In this document: one piece after another, positions 51,572 to 64,000 of the stretch | Numbering within the stretch: position 1 is the stretch's first letter | Layout of the letters: every line of letters starts with the position of its first letter | Assembly (NCBI GenBank): GCA_020137815.1 | Contig: CM035350.1 | Location: 10,416,001 to 10,480,000 of the forward strand | Direction of reading: 5' to 3' | Length of the DNA: 64,000 bases | From: Hormiphora californensis | Lineage: Eukaryota; Animalia; Ctenophora | The notes under the pieces: generated by a model | The model's input: the letters and a program-made list of their open reading frames with translations, nothing else | What the model was told of the DNA's origin: nothing | Database searches by the model: none | Position numbers and translations under genes: made by a program

Positions 51572-52461
51572 CACAGTGGGTAATTTTCCTGTGTGACCCT
51601 ACAAAATGAAATATATGCCGTAGAAATCATATTTTTGGGCCAAAGTGACCTCTCCTAGACTAAAACCGTGCCTAGAAAGCGATTTAGACACTTTTCAGAG
51701 TGCTTAGATGCCACCTTTTTGAAATATTTGAAGAAAATTAATTAGCTAATTAATAACTTGATTAAGTAAAAACGTAACTTGGCTCAGGAACCACTTAGAG
51801 ATCCAATTTTTGATGCAAATTGTCCGGAATGTGCATGTTTATATAGGACTTATGAAGCAACATATGGCCTAAATCAAACCGTTTTTGAGTTATATGCCAT
51901 TTTAGATCAGGCATTTTACACATAAAAGCCGAAAAAGCGAAAAAATCGCTTAAATTTCGCACTTTAAATGGCTATAAAATTCAAACAGGGGAAAAGTGGG
52001 GAATTCCCGCGACACTACAATGTTCCAAATTGTCCATAGAGTCAGAATATCACAATGAAAGGGGTGGCGTCGAGCGGCGAAGTAACTTTTTTTGGTCATT
52101 CATATCCTAAAAATAGCCTAAATTTGACACGCGCAACCGAGAAAAAATAGTTAGAGTAAGACATATTGAACCCTAATCACTGAAAAGAACACAAAACAAC
52201 CATCACGATACAAAAGAAATGAAAGAAAAAGAATGAAAGGTATTGCAGTAGTGTGCACATGGATCTAAGCGAATTTCACAGCCAAAATGAAAACCCACAA
52301 TTTCCCTCAACTTCAAACTAACATAAAATCTGTAAATCTCAATATTTTTCGATGCGGTTTGTTTTACGTGAAACCTTGATTATTTTTACAATCGATATCC
52401 AAATTTCAGCAAATTTAAAGACAACTTTTTTTCCCACTTTGTAGGGTCGTTACCCACTGTG
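51572..52461. mobile_element. Non-autonomous Transib/RAG-like DNA transposon (890 bp) with asymmetric bipartite TIRs
   Basis: 5-bp TSD GATCC (51567-51571, 52462-52466); both ends CACAGTGGGTAA; second block GACCCTACAAA offset by 10 bp between the ends. Confidence 0.88.
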
Positions 52462-52514
52462 GATCCATAATGATTGACAGTTAGGGTCACACACCGTCCC
52501 TAGCTCTAATCCTG

Positions 52515-53136
52515 TTAGGTTTTGTTCTGAAAGAATTCTCTGACCTTCCTCGCCGCCTCGCTCTCTTCATTACACGGCTTCTTCGCCGCCTCCTCAGGCC
52601 CACCACTCACTACAACCTCATTACCACCACCACTCACTACAACCTCATCACCACCACCACTGGGACTAACAACTATCTCCTCTTCTATAATCTGAGCGTC
52701 ATTAGAGGTATCAGACTGCCGACTATAGCAGTCTTTAGAGTGTCGGGGCCAGTGTGTTGCCTGACAGTTTGCAGAACAGTATCTGATCTTAAAACACCCT
52801 CCACATTTGAACACAGCAGCACCACTACACATTAGACATGACTGTCGTTTTCTCTTAGGGGCCGGGAGGGATGCTCGAGGGGGTGGGACACGAAGTGCAA
52901 TGTCTTTCATCGTCTGTACATCAGTCTTTAGAACTGACACAGCGTTACCCAGGTATGAAATAGTACTCTCTAACACTGTTATACTAGTTGATATAGAGTC
53001 CAAGTTATCGATAAATTCCCTCCGACAGTTCAGGAGGAAATAGATGTTGGGTTCACTGTCGTCACTTCTTGGAGGTCGATTCTATCCGCCGAGGACGAGT
53101 ACATCCTGTTCCGCTGTTGTAGGGGCATGGGGACAT
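52515..53136 (-). CDS. Single-exon coiled-coil + zf-MYND protein, same architecture as 35650-36974; 5' part needs one indel
   Basis: CLMC..FKCGGCFKIRYCSANCQATHWPRHSKDC; frame open to ~53082; likely ATG at 53136 directly after tttgtag|cc. Confidence 0.75.
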
Positions 53137-53499
53137 GGCTACAAACTATACAACTAAACGTACATTACTGGCATTAAATAGTATACAAAAGAATCATCCG
53201 ATTAGAGGGAATTATGATGTTCAAAACACTACCCCCCAATGGCCAGTACTCTAAAAGATGTTGGTATTTACTATTCGATAATATTTAATGGCTTATGGGA
53301 TATGGCTGCTACAAAGGGTATCATATAATCTAGCACTTAGTAGAGCAGGGAAATTGAAAGTTGAAACCCCAATTCAGCGTAGGTTAACCTTCTCACAGTC
53401 GGTACCAGATTTTAATGAAATTTTCATTATTTTGCCAGCAATTTCGGCTATTATCAGCTTGATAGGGGATACAGTGACCAGCACAGGACGCCGCTACGA

Positions 53500-53722
53500 T
53501 CTGGGTGTTTCGTGGCCTGTTTACAGGTGCTCGCCTCCCAAAAAAAGTTGATTCACTAAAATGGCTCTAACCGCCAAACCACTAAACCGTTTTGGCTAAT
53601 TCAAAGCTTATCTGTTATGATATGTTAAGGCCTAACCCCAACCCAAACCACAGCCCTAACCCTAACCCTACTTTAGCCCTAACCCTAAAAAACCGTTTGT
53701 CAGCACTAACGAAACACCCAGA
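53500..53722. mobile_element. Small MITE-like element containing degenerate (CCCTAA)n
   Basis: 14-bp inverted repeat tctgggtgtttcgt / acgaaacacccaga; ccctaa units at 53630-53690. Confidence 0.55.
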
Positions 53723-53770
53723 CTTTTAACGCTGGCCGGCCAGCACGGGATAAGGCAGCGCTTTCAAGTA

Positions 53771-53945
53771 GTGGAAGCTCTTACGGTATTTCCCACGCCC
53801 CGGCCCCCGTAGGAAAGTTTTTGACCGTGGGAAAATGTTCGAAACCATGGGAAAAGAGAGATACATACAATAACTAGTTAGTTATTGTATGTATCTACTA
53901 TCTCTCTTTTCCCACGGTTCGAAAACTTTCCGTAAGAGCTTCCAC
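53771..53945. mobile_element. TA-flanked MITE (Tc1/mariner-type signature)
   Basis: ta|gtggaagctcttacgg ... ccgtaagagcttccac|ta, with an internal palindrome. Confidence 0.8.
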
Positions 53946-54578
53946 TAAAGTCTTAAAACGGCCATCTTGGATTTAGACCGCTCGCGCTGTTCGTTTACCA
54001 AGCGCGCGTCGATTCGAAATGCTAAACCGCGCGGCTCGTAATGGCCTCGTAACTCAACAAAATAAGCGCGATCCATTGTTGACGCAATCTTAAAAACTCG
54101 TCACGCACTAAATAGTAAATACGATTAATGATCTTCCTTTTTCCTCCGTTTTTGTGAAACTGGGACTTATCACCCAGACGTGTAGTTGTGGGGAATGGTA
54201 ACTACTAGTTACCATGATACCTTCACCCGCATTTTCAGACAATTGCAAACTCGTGGCTAAAAGTAGAATATTAAAAACGCCGTATAAACATAAATATCCA
54301 TATCCTAACATCACTCATCAGCACCATTCACCATACCCCTTTTTGTTAGTGCCCCAATGACGGTACAGCCAGACAGTCTTGGTCTAAACTGTAATATAGG
54401 CGAAGGTAAAATAGCTCTCACTTTAGTACTTCACGCGCACCCAACGTACAATGCATTATGAGAATGATATGTATATGAGTGGTAAAATATAAACTGCTCT
54501 ATGCATGATAAAAATCACAAACACATCTGATAGACCTAGTTAATATAGCTAGTATCGTATATTATAGGGCACCCCAAT

Positions 54579-57500
54579 CTATACCAGTCTTTCAGCGTGT
54601 AGTTTCCCACTGCTAATGGTGGCCCCTTGCCCCCCTCTCCCCACCTCTACCCCCACCGCGGCGGGTAGTTAGTACCGGTGTGGAGGGTCTGGAATTATCT
54701 GTGTTGGCTGCTGTGATTTGCTGTTCCCACATCTCTCTATACACCCCATCCATAGCTAACAACTCCTCGTGCCTGGGAAGAATGGGGTCAATAGAACATG
54801 TGATATTGTATTGGGAAGAATGGGGTCAATAGAACATGTGATATTGGGAAGAATGGGGTCAATAGAACATGTGATATTGGGAAGAATGGGGTCAATAGAA
54901 CATGTCATATTGGGAAGAATGGGGTCAATAGAACATGTCATATTGGGAAGAATGGGGTCAATAGAACATGTGATATTGGAAAGAATGGGGTCAATAGAAC
55001 ATGTCATATTGGGAAGAATGGGGTCAATAGAACATGTGATATTGGGAAGAATGGGGTCAATAGAACATGTGATATTGGAAAGAATGGGGTCAATAGAACA
55101 TGTCATATTGGGAAGAATGGGGTCAATAGAACATGTCATATTGGGAAGAATGGGGTCAATAGAACATGTCATATTGGGAAGAATGGGGTCAATAGAACAT
55201 GTCATATTGTATTGGGAAACAAGGTAGGCATTAGAACATGTGATATTGTATTGGGAAGAAGGGATAATAATAGTGTGTATCACAATATATTATTGGGACG
55301 GTGTTACTCACGTTCCCCTCTCGGTTATCTCCCCATCCTTTAGCACTAAGATCTTATCACAACTTATAATGGTGGATAATCGGTGGGCAATGATAATGGA
55401 AGTTTTCCCCTCACAGGCTCGGTTCAATGAGTTCTGGATAGCCCTCTCTGTTCTAGTATCCAGTGCTGATGTTGCCTAGATAACAATGGGTTAGGGGACG
55501 TACATTCCTCGATTTATTAATCATTGGGGGGAGGGTAAATAGAGGTGGACGGTAAATAGAGGTGCAAAGTAAATCGAGGATTTAACATACCTCATCCAAT
55601 AGTACGATCTGAGGAGATTTCAGAATGGTTCGAGCAATTGCAACTCTCTGTTTCTCTCCTCCGGATAGCTTCAGTCCCCTCTCTCCTACCACTGTGTCAT
55701 AACCATCGGGGAAAGATACAACAGAGTCGTGAACCTCTGCTCCCTGTGCAGCTTCAAATACCGCATCATCACTAGCTCCTATCTTGCCGTAACGAATATT
55801 GTCTCTAGAAAGAGGGGGAGGGGTGAAGTTATAGCTTAGTAGATATAGGAAACAAAGTGTTAGATAAGCAGAAAAAGGAAGTAGTAATTTTCTAAATCAC
55901 TTACAAGATTTTGTCGTTAAATAGAACAGTGTCCTGGGGAACAACTCCAATAGCTTTTCTCAGTGATTCTTGGGTCACCTACAGATAGAGGTTATGTCAT
56001 AATAATGATAATTTCAGCAGGTTTAAATAATTGAATTAAGAAGATGCTCGATAGTTCTCGCCCCAATAACGTGTCATGGCTGTGCGCGTGGTGCTGACAA
56101 TACCAACTTCCGTTGCACAAGAGTACCGCGCGTAACAGCGCAACATGGAACTTTCCTCAGAATCCCCCATGGAACAGTGGGGCTCACAGAATTACTGCTA
56201 CCAGTTACTGGTACTTGTCTTACTGTTAAATGAGGCAATCTGAGGAAACTTTCATCAGATACTGCACAGCCCGGTATAGGTAATTGTTATCACACTGTCC
56301 CATGTCAACACAGTACAGTAATCACCTACTAGCTCGACCCTGTCCCCCTTGTTATGTTCTAACCCTCCCTTTACAGTCTAGCCCGACCCTGTCCCCCTCC
56401 CCAACCTACCTCTGCAATATCCTGGTTGTCGATGGTGATGAATCCTGAATTCACATCATAGAATCGGAACAACAGTTTCATAATAGTTGACTTGCCGTGA
56501 CCGCTGGGACCAACTATAGCGACACTTTGACCCGCCTCAACCTAGAGACAACACACATACTGGTAAATTATACTGGTAAACTATAGGTATTTGATTGACG
56601 TTTTTAACTCCCTTGGTTGTATTATCCTGCAGTGATACAGGAGAACACCAGCTCTAGCATAACATAACCCCGATATGGTTAACATAACATAGATGGTGGG
56701 CGGAATCTAGTGCTACCGGACTCTATTTTAGCACTAGAGTCCGCACACTAGCATAGATACCCCCCCTCGATATGGGTTTATAGGTACGTACAGTAAAGGA
56801 GATGTTCCTGAGAGTTAGTTTTTCCTCTCTGTAACTGAATGACACCTGATTGAACTCTATCCGTCCCACTGATACCTAACAGGGTGGCTAGAGTTAGAGT
56901 TAGGTTGAGGAGTTGAGGCTAGAAAGGAGTGGTTGTTAATTATCTCAACCCACTATATCATAGCACTGGCAAGTGCCCCGGGCCCAAAAGGGGGGTGTGG
57001 GGGCACAGCCCCCACCATAAACGGGGGTGTGGGGGCAGAGCCCCCACCTTAGAAATACCCTCTAACTCAAAAAACAAAAGAGAGAGCACACGCAACACTT
57101 CTACAGACAAGCGTGTGAAAACCTGCCAGTGCTACTATATACCATTGCAGATTTCGAGGTTTTTGATGCTTTAAAAAAGCATGTTCCAGATGAAGTAGAG
57201 AGCTGAAATTTTGTACTCTAAGGGCCCTCATATAGGAGAAGAGGCATGCAAATTTTCAGAACGATAGGATGTAAGGTAAAAATTTGCCAGAGGGGTCCCA
57301 AAATGCAAAAATGTAAGGAGGGGGAGGGGAGGGGAGGGGGAGGGGGAGGAGGACGCTTTTTTATCTTTGAGTGTTCTCCTAAACGACAAATAGTAGAGAC
57401 TTGCCGTTTGGAACAGTGGTTCCTTACATCATTGCGCTCGGTAATAGCTGTGTGAGAACTTCGAAATCGCCATAGTTCATTAATTATTCATTAAATAGTC

Positions 57501-58450
57501 ATTAAATATTCATTTTAACCATGGTTGCGATATGACACGACTGGAAGGTCATAAAGATTTGAAACCGGTCTTATTCGACGCGGAATGGTCGGTTTATGGG
57601 GGGTCTTACTCGAGACAAAAATCTCTATCTCGCACCGTTAAGCTGTCATTTGCATATTTATGCACCTATTCACGATTTTATGCATATTTTCAATATTTTC
57701 ACTTCGGCTGGTCCTAGAACGTTTTCATGGACATATTTCGACGCAAAATAGTCGATTTATGGGGGGTCGTCCCCCGGACAAAAAGTCGTATCTCGCACCG
57801 TTTAGCCGTTATTTGCATATTTATGCACCGATTCATGATTTAAGGCATATTCTGAATATTTCCAGTTCAGCTGGTCCTAAAACGTTTTCATGGACATATT
57901 TCGACGCAAAATAGTCGATTTATGGGGGGTCTTACTCGGGACAAAAATCTCCATCTCGCACCGTTAAGCCGTTATTTGCATATTTATGCACCGATTCATG
58001 ATTTAATGCATATTCTTTATATTTCCACTCCGGATGGTCCTAGAACGTTTTCATGGACATATTCCGGCGCAGAATAGTCGATTTATAGGGGGTCGTCCCC
58101 CTGACAAAAAGTCGTATCTCTCACCGTTTAGTCGTTATTCGCATATTTATGAATTATTCAAATTCGAAAATATGCAGAAATCAGAAAAAATTCCGAAAAA
58201 ATAGCTTTTTCTATTTTACACCAAAAAGAATAGAAATTAAGTCCAAAAACCAATTAAATAAATTAGTTTGGATGCCCGGGCCCATGTGGTGTCACGGGGG
58301 TAACACCTTTAGGCTATAACTGTCATAAATGACGGATATCGAGAGAGATAAAGGCAAAGGAAATTAAGATAGAAAGGGTGAGATATAATCAAGAAAGATG
58401 GAGAGATAAATAAGAGGAGAGAGAAAAAAGAGAGAGATATAGTGAAAGAA

Positions 58451-58503
<53 letters not shown>

Positions 58504-60372
58504 GAGAGAGAGAGAGAGAGAGATAGATAAAGATAGACAGATTGGAGGATAACAATTAACAATTAACGAGATATGCCGTTAATTATGGCAGTTATAGCCT
58601 AAAGGTGTTACCCCCGTGACACCACATGGGCCCGGGCATCCAAACTAATTTATTTAATTGGTTTTTGGACTTAATTTCACCCCACCCTATATTTCAGCAA
58701 CTGTTTCCTACCAGTATATCGGGGGCACCAGGCCGATCATTCACATCCACTTTCTCTTCTAACAACTCAAACATGTTCTCCATGTCAATAAAGTTGTTTT
58801 GTATCATGCGATAGTAGGTTCCAAACCAATTTAGAGGCATATAGAGTTGTCTGATGTAGGAAACAAACAGAACAAAGTCACCTGTGGGGGAGTTGTGTGT
58901 TACTAAAACAACAATTCTAACACAATTCATGGTGTTACTTGTTATATATGGGAAATATACACTATAGAACGATATGGAACTCAATAACAGTGGGTAAATT
59001 AATTGTAGTTGAGTTTCAATGAAACGTACCGACAGTGAGGCGACCAGCGTGCACATCGTTGTTGTTGTTGTTGTTGTGGTGCTGCGATTCGGACTATGCA
59101 GAGCATATCGCCTCAAACGCTCCAAGGAGTCTAACTCCCGGCCTAACCAAGTAAAACTTGGGAATTCCCTATATTAATCTGGTACCTGTACAGTGTGGAA
59201 AGGCAGATTGGTGTTGTATTTTTAGGTTTAAGGAGTATAGAAACTATAGGTAGTTCAGTTTTAGTATCAATCTGCTGAACCTCTACTCCTAAATCATTTT
59301 TGGCTAGAATCAACACACCACCACCACCACACTTTCCATACTTCTCCATATCCACTTTTGATCTGTCTTTTCGGAATATGGAGTAGTACTTATCAGAGAC
59401 AACTTCCCCATCTTGCACATGTTCATTGAGCCATGTCTCATTTAACAGTACAATATCGGGAAGGTAGGTACTTAAATATCCCCTCAGTTCCTTAATCTTT
59501 GATATTTGGAACTGGGGCTGATCTCCCTTCATTGATTGCATATGAATAAGACCATTCACATTGCAATATACTATGTTTATTTTGTTAGGTGTATCACCAG
59601 GCCCAGGATTCAGAATATTGGGCTGTGTACGAGCAATAAGGCTCCTAGCTAACGAGCATACATAAAACACACAGTTAATAAGCTTTTCTGCACACCCGGC
59701 ACAATATCTTATATGTGCAGAAAAGTATCCCTTTCTACTTAAGAATAATATAAAAACACAATTAGCATACCACTGATACATAATTGGCCACTGCATTCCG
59801 TGAGCATCCAGATTAGCAGGGGCTTTTTTAGATATACAAGAAGGTGCATACAAGAGCATTAGACCTGTAAGGAGGTAGGTTATAGCTACATGTATAGAGA
59901 ATATTAATATTTCAAATGGGGTGATAAAGCTAGAAGACGGGGGCTTGTCAGTGTATATATTAATGTCATTGTCTGTGTCATTGTCCTGTCTATTTTTACC
60001 TTCCCTGTTACCCCCCGCAAACAACCCGATAGCGATTCTGTATTGTTCTACACTGATACCCATTCAATCAAAACTTGTACTTGTGGGTAGTCAGGTAGGG
60101 GTACATAGGGGGTATAGATGTATGAATTCGACACAAAGTAAAGTAAATTAAAACTCCCAAAAACCCCCAGTGTAATTAAATAAATTAGTTTGGATGCCCG
60201 GGCCCATGTGGTGTCACGGGGGTAACACCTTTAGGCTATAACTGTCATAAATGACGGATATCGAGAGAGATAAAGGCAAAGGAAATTAAGATAGAAAGGG
60301 TGAGATATAATCAAGAAAGATGGAGAGATAAATAAGAGGAGAGAGAAAAAAGAGAGAGATATAGTGAAAGAA

Positions 60373-60423
<51 letters not shown>

Positions 60424-63400
60424 GAGAGAGAGAGAGAGAGAGATAGATAAAGATAGACAGATTGGAGGATAACAATTAACAATTAACGAGATATGCCGTT
60501 AATTATGGCAGTTATAGCCTAAAGGTGTTACCCCCGTGACACCACATGGGCCCGGGCATCCAAACTAATTTATTTAATTGGTTTTTGGACTTAATTTCAC
60601 CCCACCCTATATTTCAGCAACTGTTTCCTACCAGTATATCGGGGGCACCAGGCCGATCATTCACATCCACTTTCTCTTCTAACAACTCAAACATGTTCTC
60701 CATGTCAATAAAGTTGTTTTGTATCATGCGATAGTAGGTTCCAAACCAATTTAGAGGCATATAGAGTTGTCTGATGTAGGAAACAAACAGAACAAAGTCA
60801 CCTGTGGGGGAGTTGTGTGTTACTAAAACAACAATTCTAACACAATTCATGGTGTTACTTGTTATATATGGGAAATATACACTATAGAACGATATGGAAC
60901 TCAATAACAGTGGGTAAATTAATTGTAGTTGAGTTTCAATGAAACGTACCGACAGTGAGGCGACCAGCGTGCACATCGTATATGATAAGGATAGAGCCAC
61001 CCAGAGTGCCCATGAATATAATCACATTCTGCACCCCGTTCAGAAGGGAGAGAGAACTAACAGACAAGTACTCAGACCTCAGATAGACCTTAATCATCTT
61101 GCAAAACCTACAGAAGTTAGTTTTTAGTGCAAATACATTGTTATGTTCTAACCCCCCTTTCCGGGCGGGGCGCACGAAACACAGTCTAGCTAGGCAACAA
61201 ATACAACGATTAAAAGTAAAACAGAGGGTATATCTAACAGGGGGGATATCTCACCTGTTAGATTCGTATTTCTCTGCACCAAAGTACTTGACAGTTTCAA
61301 AGTTAAGTAGACTGTCAACAGCAAGTGCTTTAGTCGTGTTCATGGATTGGATTCATATCTCTCCTGTATTTAGTTCTCCACTCAGTTAGAACCACTGTTA
61401 TTACTGGGGGGAAGAGAGAGAGAGAGAGAGAGATGAGGAATACTTTATAGGAGACCTTGTAATGAATCTAATGGGTTAGACAATACTCATTTAACTAACC
61501 AATTAACTTCCTATTTGACTGTGTGCTGTACTAACCCATGTAGTAGGCCATAGGTAACGAATATGATCAGCCCATACCAGACGTTGAATGCAACAACAAA
61601 GTATACTATAGCAATGGTCAAATCCACCAGACAAGGAGCAATGTTGAACAAAATATAACTGCCGCGAGAGGGAGGGATGTTATATCTGTGTTATAACCCA
61701 GATTATATGATCGGTACTGGAAATATAGACTACTACTACTGTGAGACTGTTGTATAACTTGTAAACTGCACTTACTTGAGAAGGTTTGATATAGCACTAC
61801 CAGACCTATCTAGAATCTTCATTACTTCCCCTGTCTTACGAGACAAATGCCAGCCAATAGATAAACTGGGGGGGGGGGGGGTAAGGGAGAGGTGGAAATT
61901 TGTCTGATGAATCTGGAAGCATGTGAAGCATGTGAAGAAGGCACTATGATAGGAAGGCAGGACTGGTTGATGGTGGGGAGAAGGGGGGAGGGGTGGGGCT
62001 ATAACTCTGGGGGTGGGGAGAGTGGGTGGGGTAGATCACTAACTTGTGGAGATGGTCAAATAGACGGGTATTAACACGCTGGGTTGAGTACTAACTTGTG
62101 GAGATGGTCAAATAGACGGGTATTAACACGCTGGGTTGAGTACTGAGTGACACTGAGCCATAACTGGGAACGTAGGGTGCCAATCAAACCTCCAGATCCC
62201 AAACCTACAAGAAGGAGATATATCATCTATACAGATTACCAAACCTAAGAGGTAAAATAAGAGTAGTCTCTTTTGTGGTGTAACTACACAGTGCTGCGAG
62301 GGGCCAGTTTGCTTTTTGAGTATTTTAGTCAAAAAACTAACTTTTGATATTTGGTTCAGCTCGAAGACCCGGACCAGATGGACTATTCAAAAAGCGCCTT
62401 TGCCCACACCTTCCTGGAGAAAAATGAGGTTAACTTTTTGCCCAAAACTGGTGTTAACCTCAATAAATCATAGACTGCAAGTCATAAGACCATGAAGCCG
62501 GTTCTAATAGTTAAATCTCGCCAGGGGTATAGTTTGTATGTAATTTGACAATCCTAAACCAAGCCATTGGCAAAATTTTAGAGGTTAACATTATTTCCGA
62601 AAAGTTACATTTTTGCGATTATTTCGTAATAATTTCGTCAGGTCTAGCGGAATTTCCAAACGAGATATCTTAGAACTGGGCCTTGTAATTTGGTAAGAAA
62701 GGTCCTAAGTAACTGAATTAACATTTTGAAGGGAAAAATGGGGTGTGGTTTTTATTTTATTGAGGTTAACATGCTTAAAAAGTGTAAAAAAAGTGAAATA
62801 TTACACCTTTTAAGCATGTTAACCTCAATAAAATAAAAACCACACCCCATTTTTCCCTTCAAAATGTTAATTCAGTTACTTAGGACCTTTCTTACCAAAT
62901 TACAAGGCCCAGTTCTAAGATATCTCGTTTGGAAATTCCGCTAGACCTGACGAAATTATTACGAAATAATCGCAAAAATGTAACTTTTCGGAAATATTGT
63001 TAACCTCTAAAATTTTGCCAATGACTTGGTTTAGGATTGTCAAATTACATACAAACTATACCCCTGGCGAGATTTAACTATTAGAACCGGCTTCATGGTC
63101 TTATGACTTGCAGTCTATGATTTATTGAGGTTAACACCAGTTTTGGGCAAAAAGTTAACCTCATTTTTCTCCAGGAAGGTGTGGGCAAAGGCGCTTTTTG
63201 AATAGTCCATCTGGTCCGGGTCTTCGAGCTGAACCAAATATCAAAAGTTAGTTTTTTGACTAAAATACTCGATATTCTAACTGAACAAAAGTGGCATTTC
63301 GCAGCACTGTGAACTAATTGAACTGTTATCGCAGGTTGTTCTTGCTGCAATCAGTTAACACATCTTGGTGAGTGTAGTCTGTTTGTGTTATAGTCTGTTT

Positions 63401-63529
63401 TATAGTAAACACTAAACTCTATGACGTATAGTAGTGAGCCATGTGCAGTACCTGTTCCCTGTGCTAATGTTGTAACACAGTAAAGTATAATGGTACTCAG
63501 GGCCAGCTTCCCCGCTGTCAACTCGTTAA
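54579..63529 (-). CDS. ABCB6: ABC half-transporter, ABCB6/HMT1 type; 5' exons probably lie beyond the window end
   Basis: Spliced peptides [72 protein letters not shown], Walker [50 protein letters not shown]. Stop at 54579-54581. Single-base insertions near 61350 and 61553. Confidence 0.92.
54775..55260. repeat. 33-bp tandem repeat made of the branch/pyrimidine segment of the last ABCB6 acceptor
   Basis: Minus aatatcacatgttctattgaccccattcttccc; only the last copy continues as ag|GCACGAG. Confidence 0.9.
56960..58230. mobile_element. Unclassified intronic repeat-like insert with GC hairpins and ~165-bp internal tandem units
   Basis: gggggcacagccccc / gggggcagagccccc hairpins; recurring tatggggg..caaaaa..tctcgcaccgtt..gcatatttatg units at 57590-58150. 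Confidence 0.45.
58241..58670. mobile_element. TTAA-flanked MITE with ~80-bp TIRs (second, left-truncated copy at 60174-60590)
   Basis: ttaa|gtccaaaaaccaattaaat...ggctataactg / cagttatagcc...atttaattggtttttggac|ttaa. Confidence 0.85.
58252..60979. repeat. ~807-bp near-identical direct duplication (58252-59059 and 60174-60979) including one whole ABCB6 exon
   Basis: Exon copies 58712-58881 and 60632-60801 give identical translations. Confidence 0.95.
59060..60173 (-). mobile_element. Internally deleted non-LTR retrotransposon (CR1/L2-group-like): partial APE endonuclease plus (ACA)n tail
   Basis: ORF 59143-60063 with [34 protein letters not shown], truncated after LYR; no RT; (ACA)n at 59060-59077. 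Confidence 0.85.
62287..63311. mobile_element. Non-autonomous Transib-like element that is an almost perfect 1-kb palindrome, in an ABCB6 intron
   Basis: 5-bp TSD AACTA (62282-62286, 63312-63316); ends CACAGTGCTGCGA; inner inverted arms 62318-~62787 and ~62802-63270. Confidence 0.9.
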
Positions 63530-63531
63530 CT

Positions 63532-63962
<431 letters not shown>

Positions 63963-64000
63963 TAACAACATTAGTTGGGCCACCAACACACACTACACTG

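Noticed and set aside
53630-53690. Telomere-like CCCTAA repeats
   Set aside because: Few, degenerate and internal to a small inverted-repeat element; not a telomere.
54756-55283. ([11 protein letters not shown])n ORFs
   Set aside because: 33-bp intronic repeat between ABCB6 exons that already join in frame.

Overview
Repeat-rich, intron-containing eukaryotic (probably invertebrate animal) DNA. All recognisable host genes lie on the minus strand: adenosine kinase, a DEAD-box helicase with a mitochondrial-type presequence, a small TSP1-EGF-TM protein, a degraded unknown gene, a KH-like repeat protein, two zf-MYND proteins and an ABCB6/HMT1-type half transporter. There are two main signals. (1) Many intronic tandem arrays are amplified copies of the adjacent splice junction, often including exon sequence, with a consistent polarity: the real donor is the first copy and the real acceptor is the last. 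One array holds about 100 copies of DEAD-box motif V plus its donor. (2) Two unrelated non-autonomous Transib/RAG-like elements have CACAGTG termini, 5-bp TSDs and a 10-bp end asymmetry; one has RSS-like 12/22-bp spacing to ACAAA motifs. Also present: a 5.4-kb foldback element with an 8-bp TSD, a non-coding LTR element nested in a 38-bp satellite, a LINE fragment flanked by a 0.8-kb exon-containing duplication, several MITEs, and splice acceptors directly before most start codons (possible trans-splicing or operon-like layout). Single-base frameshifts in several unrelated genes and garbled stretches point to consensus errors, so fine details need read-level checks. All calls are from manual reading; no searches were run.
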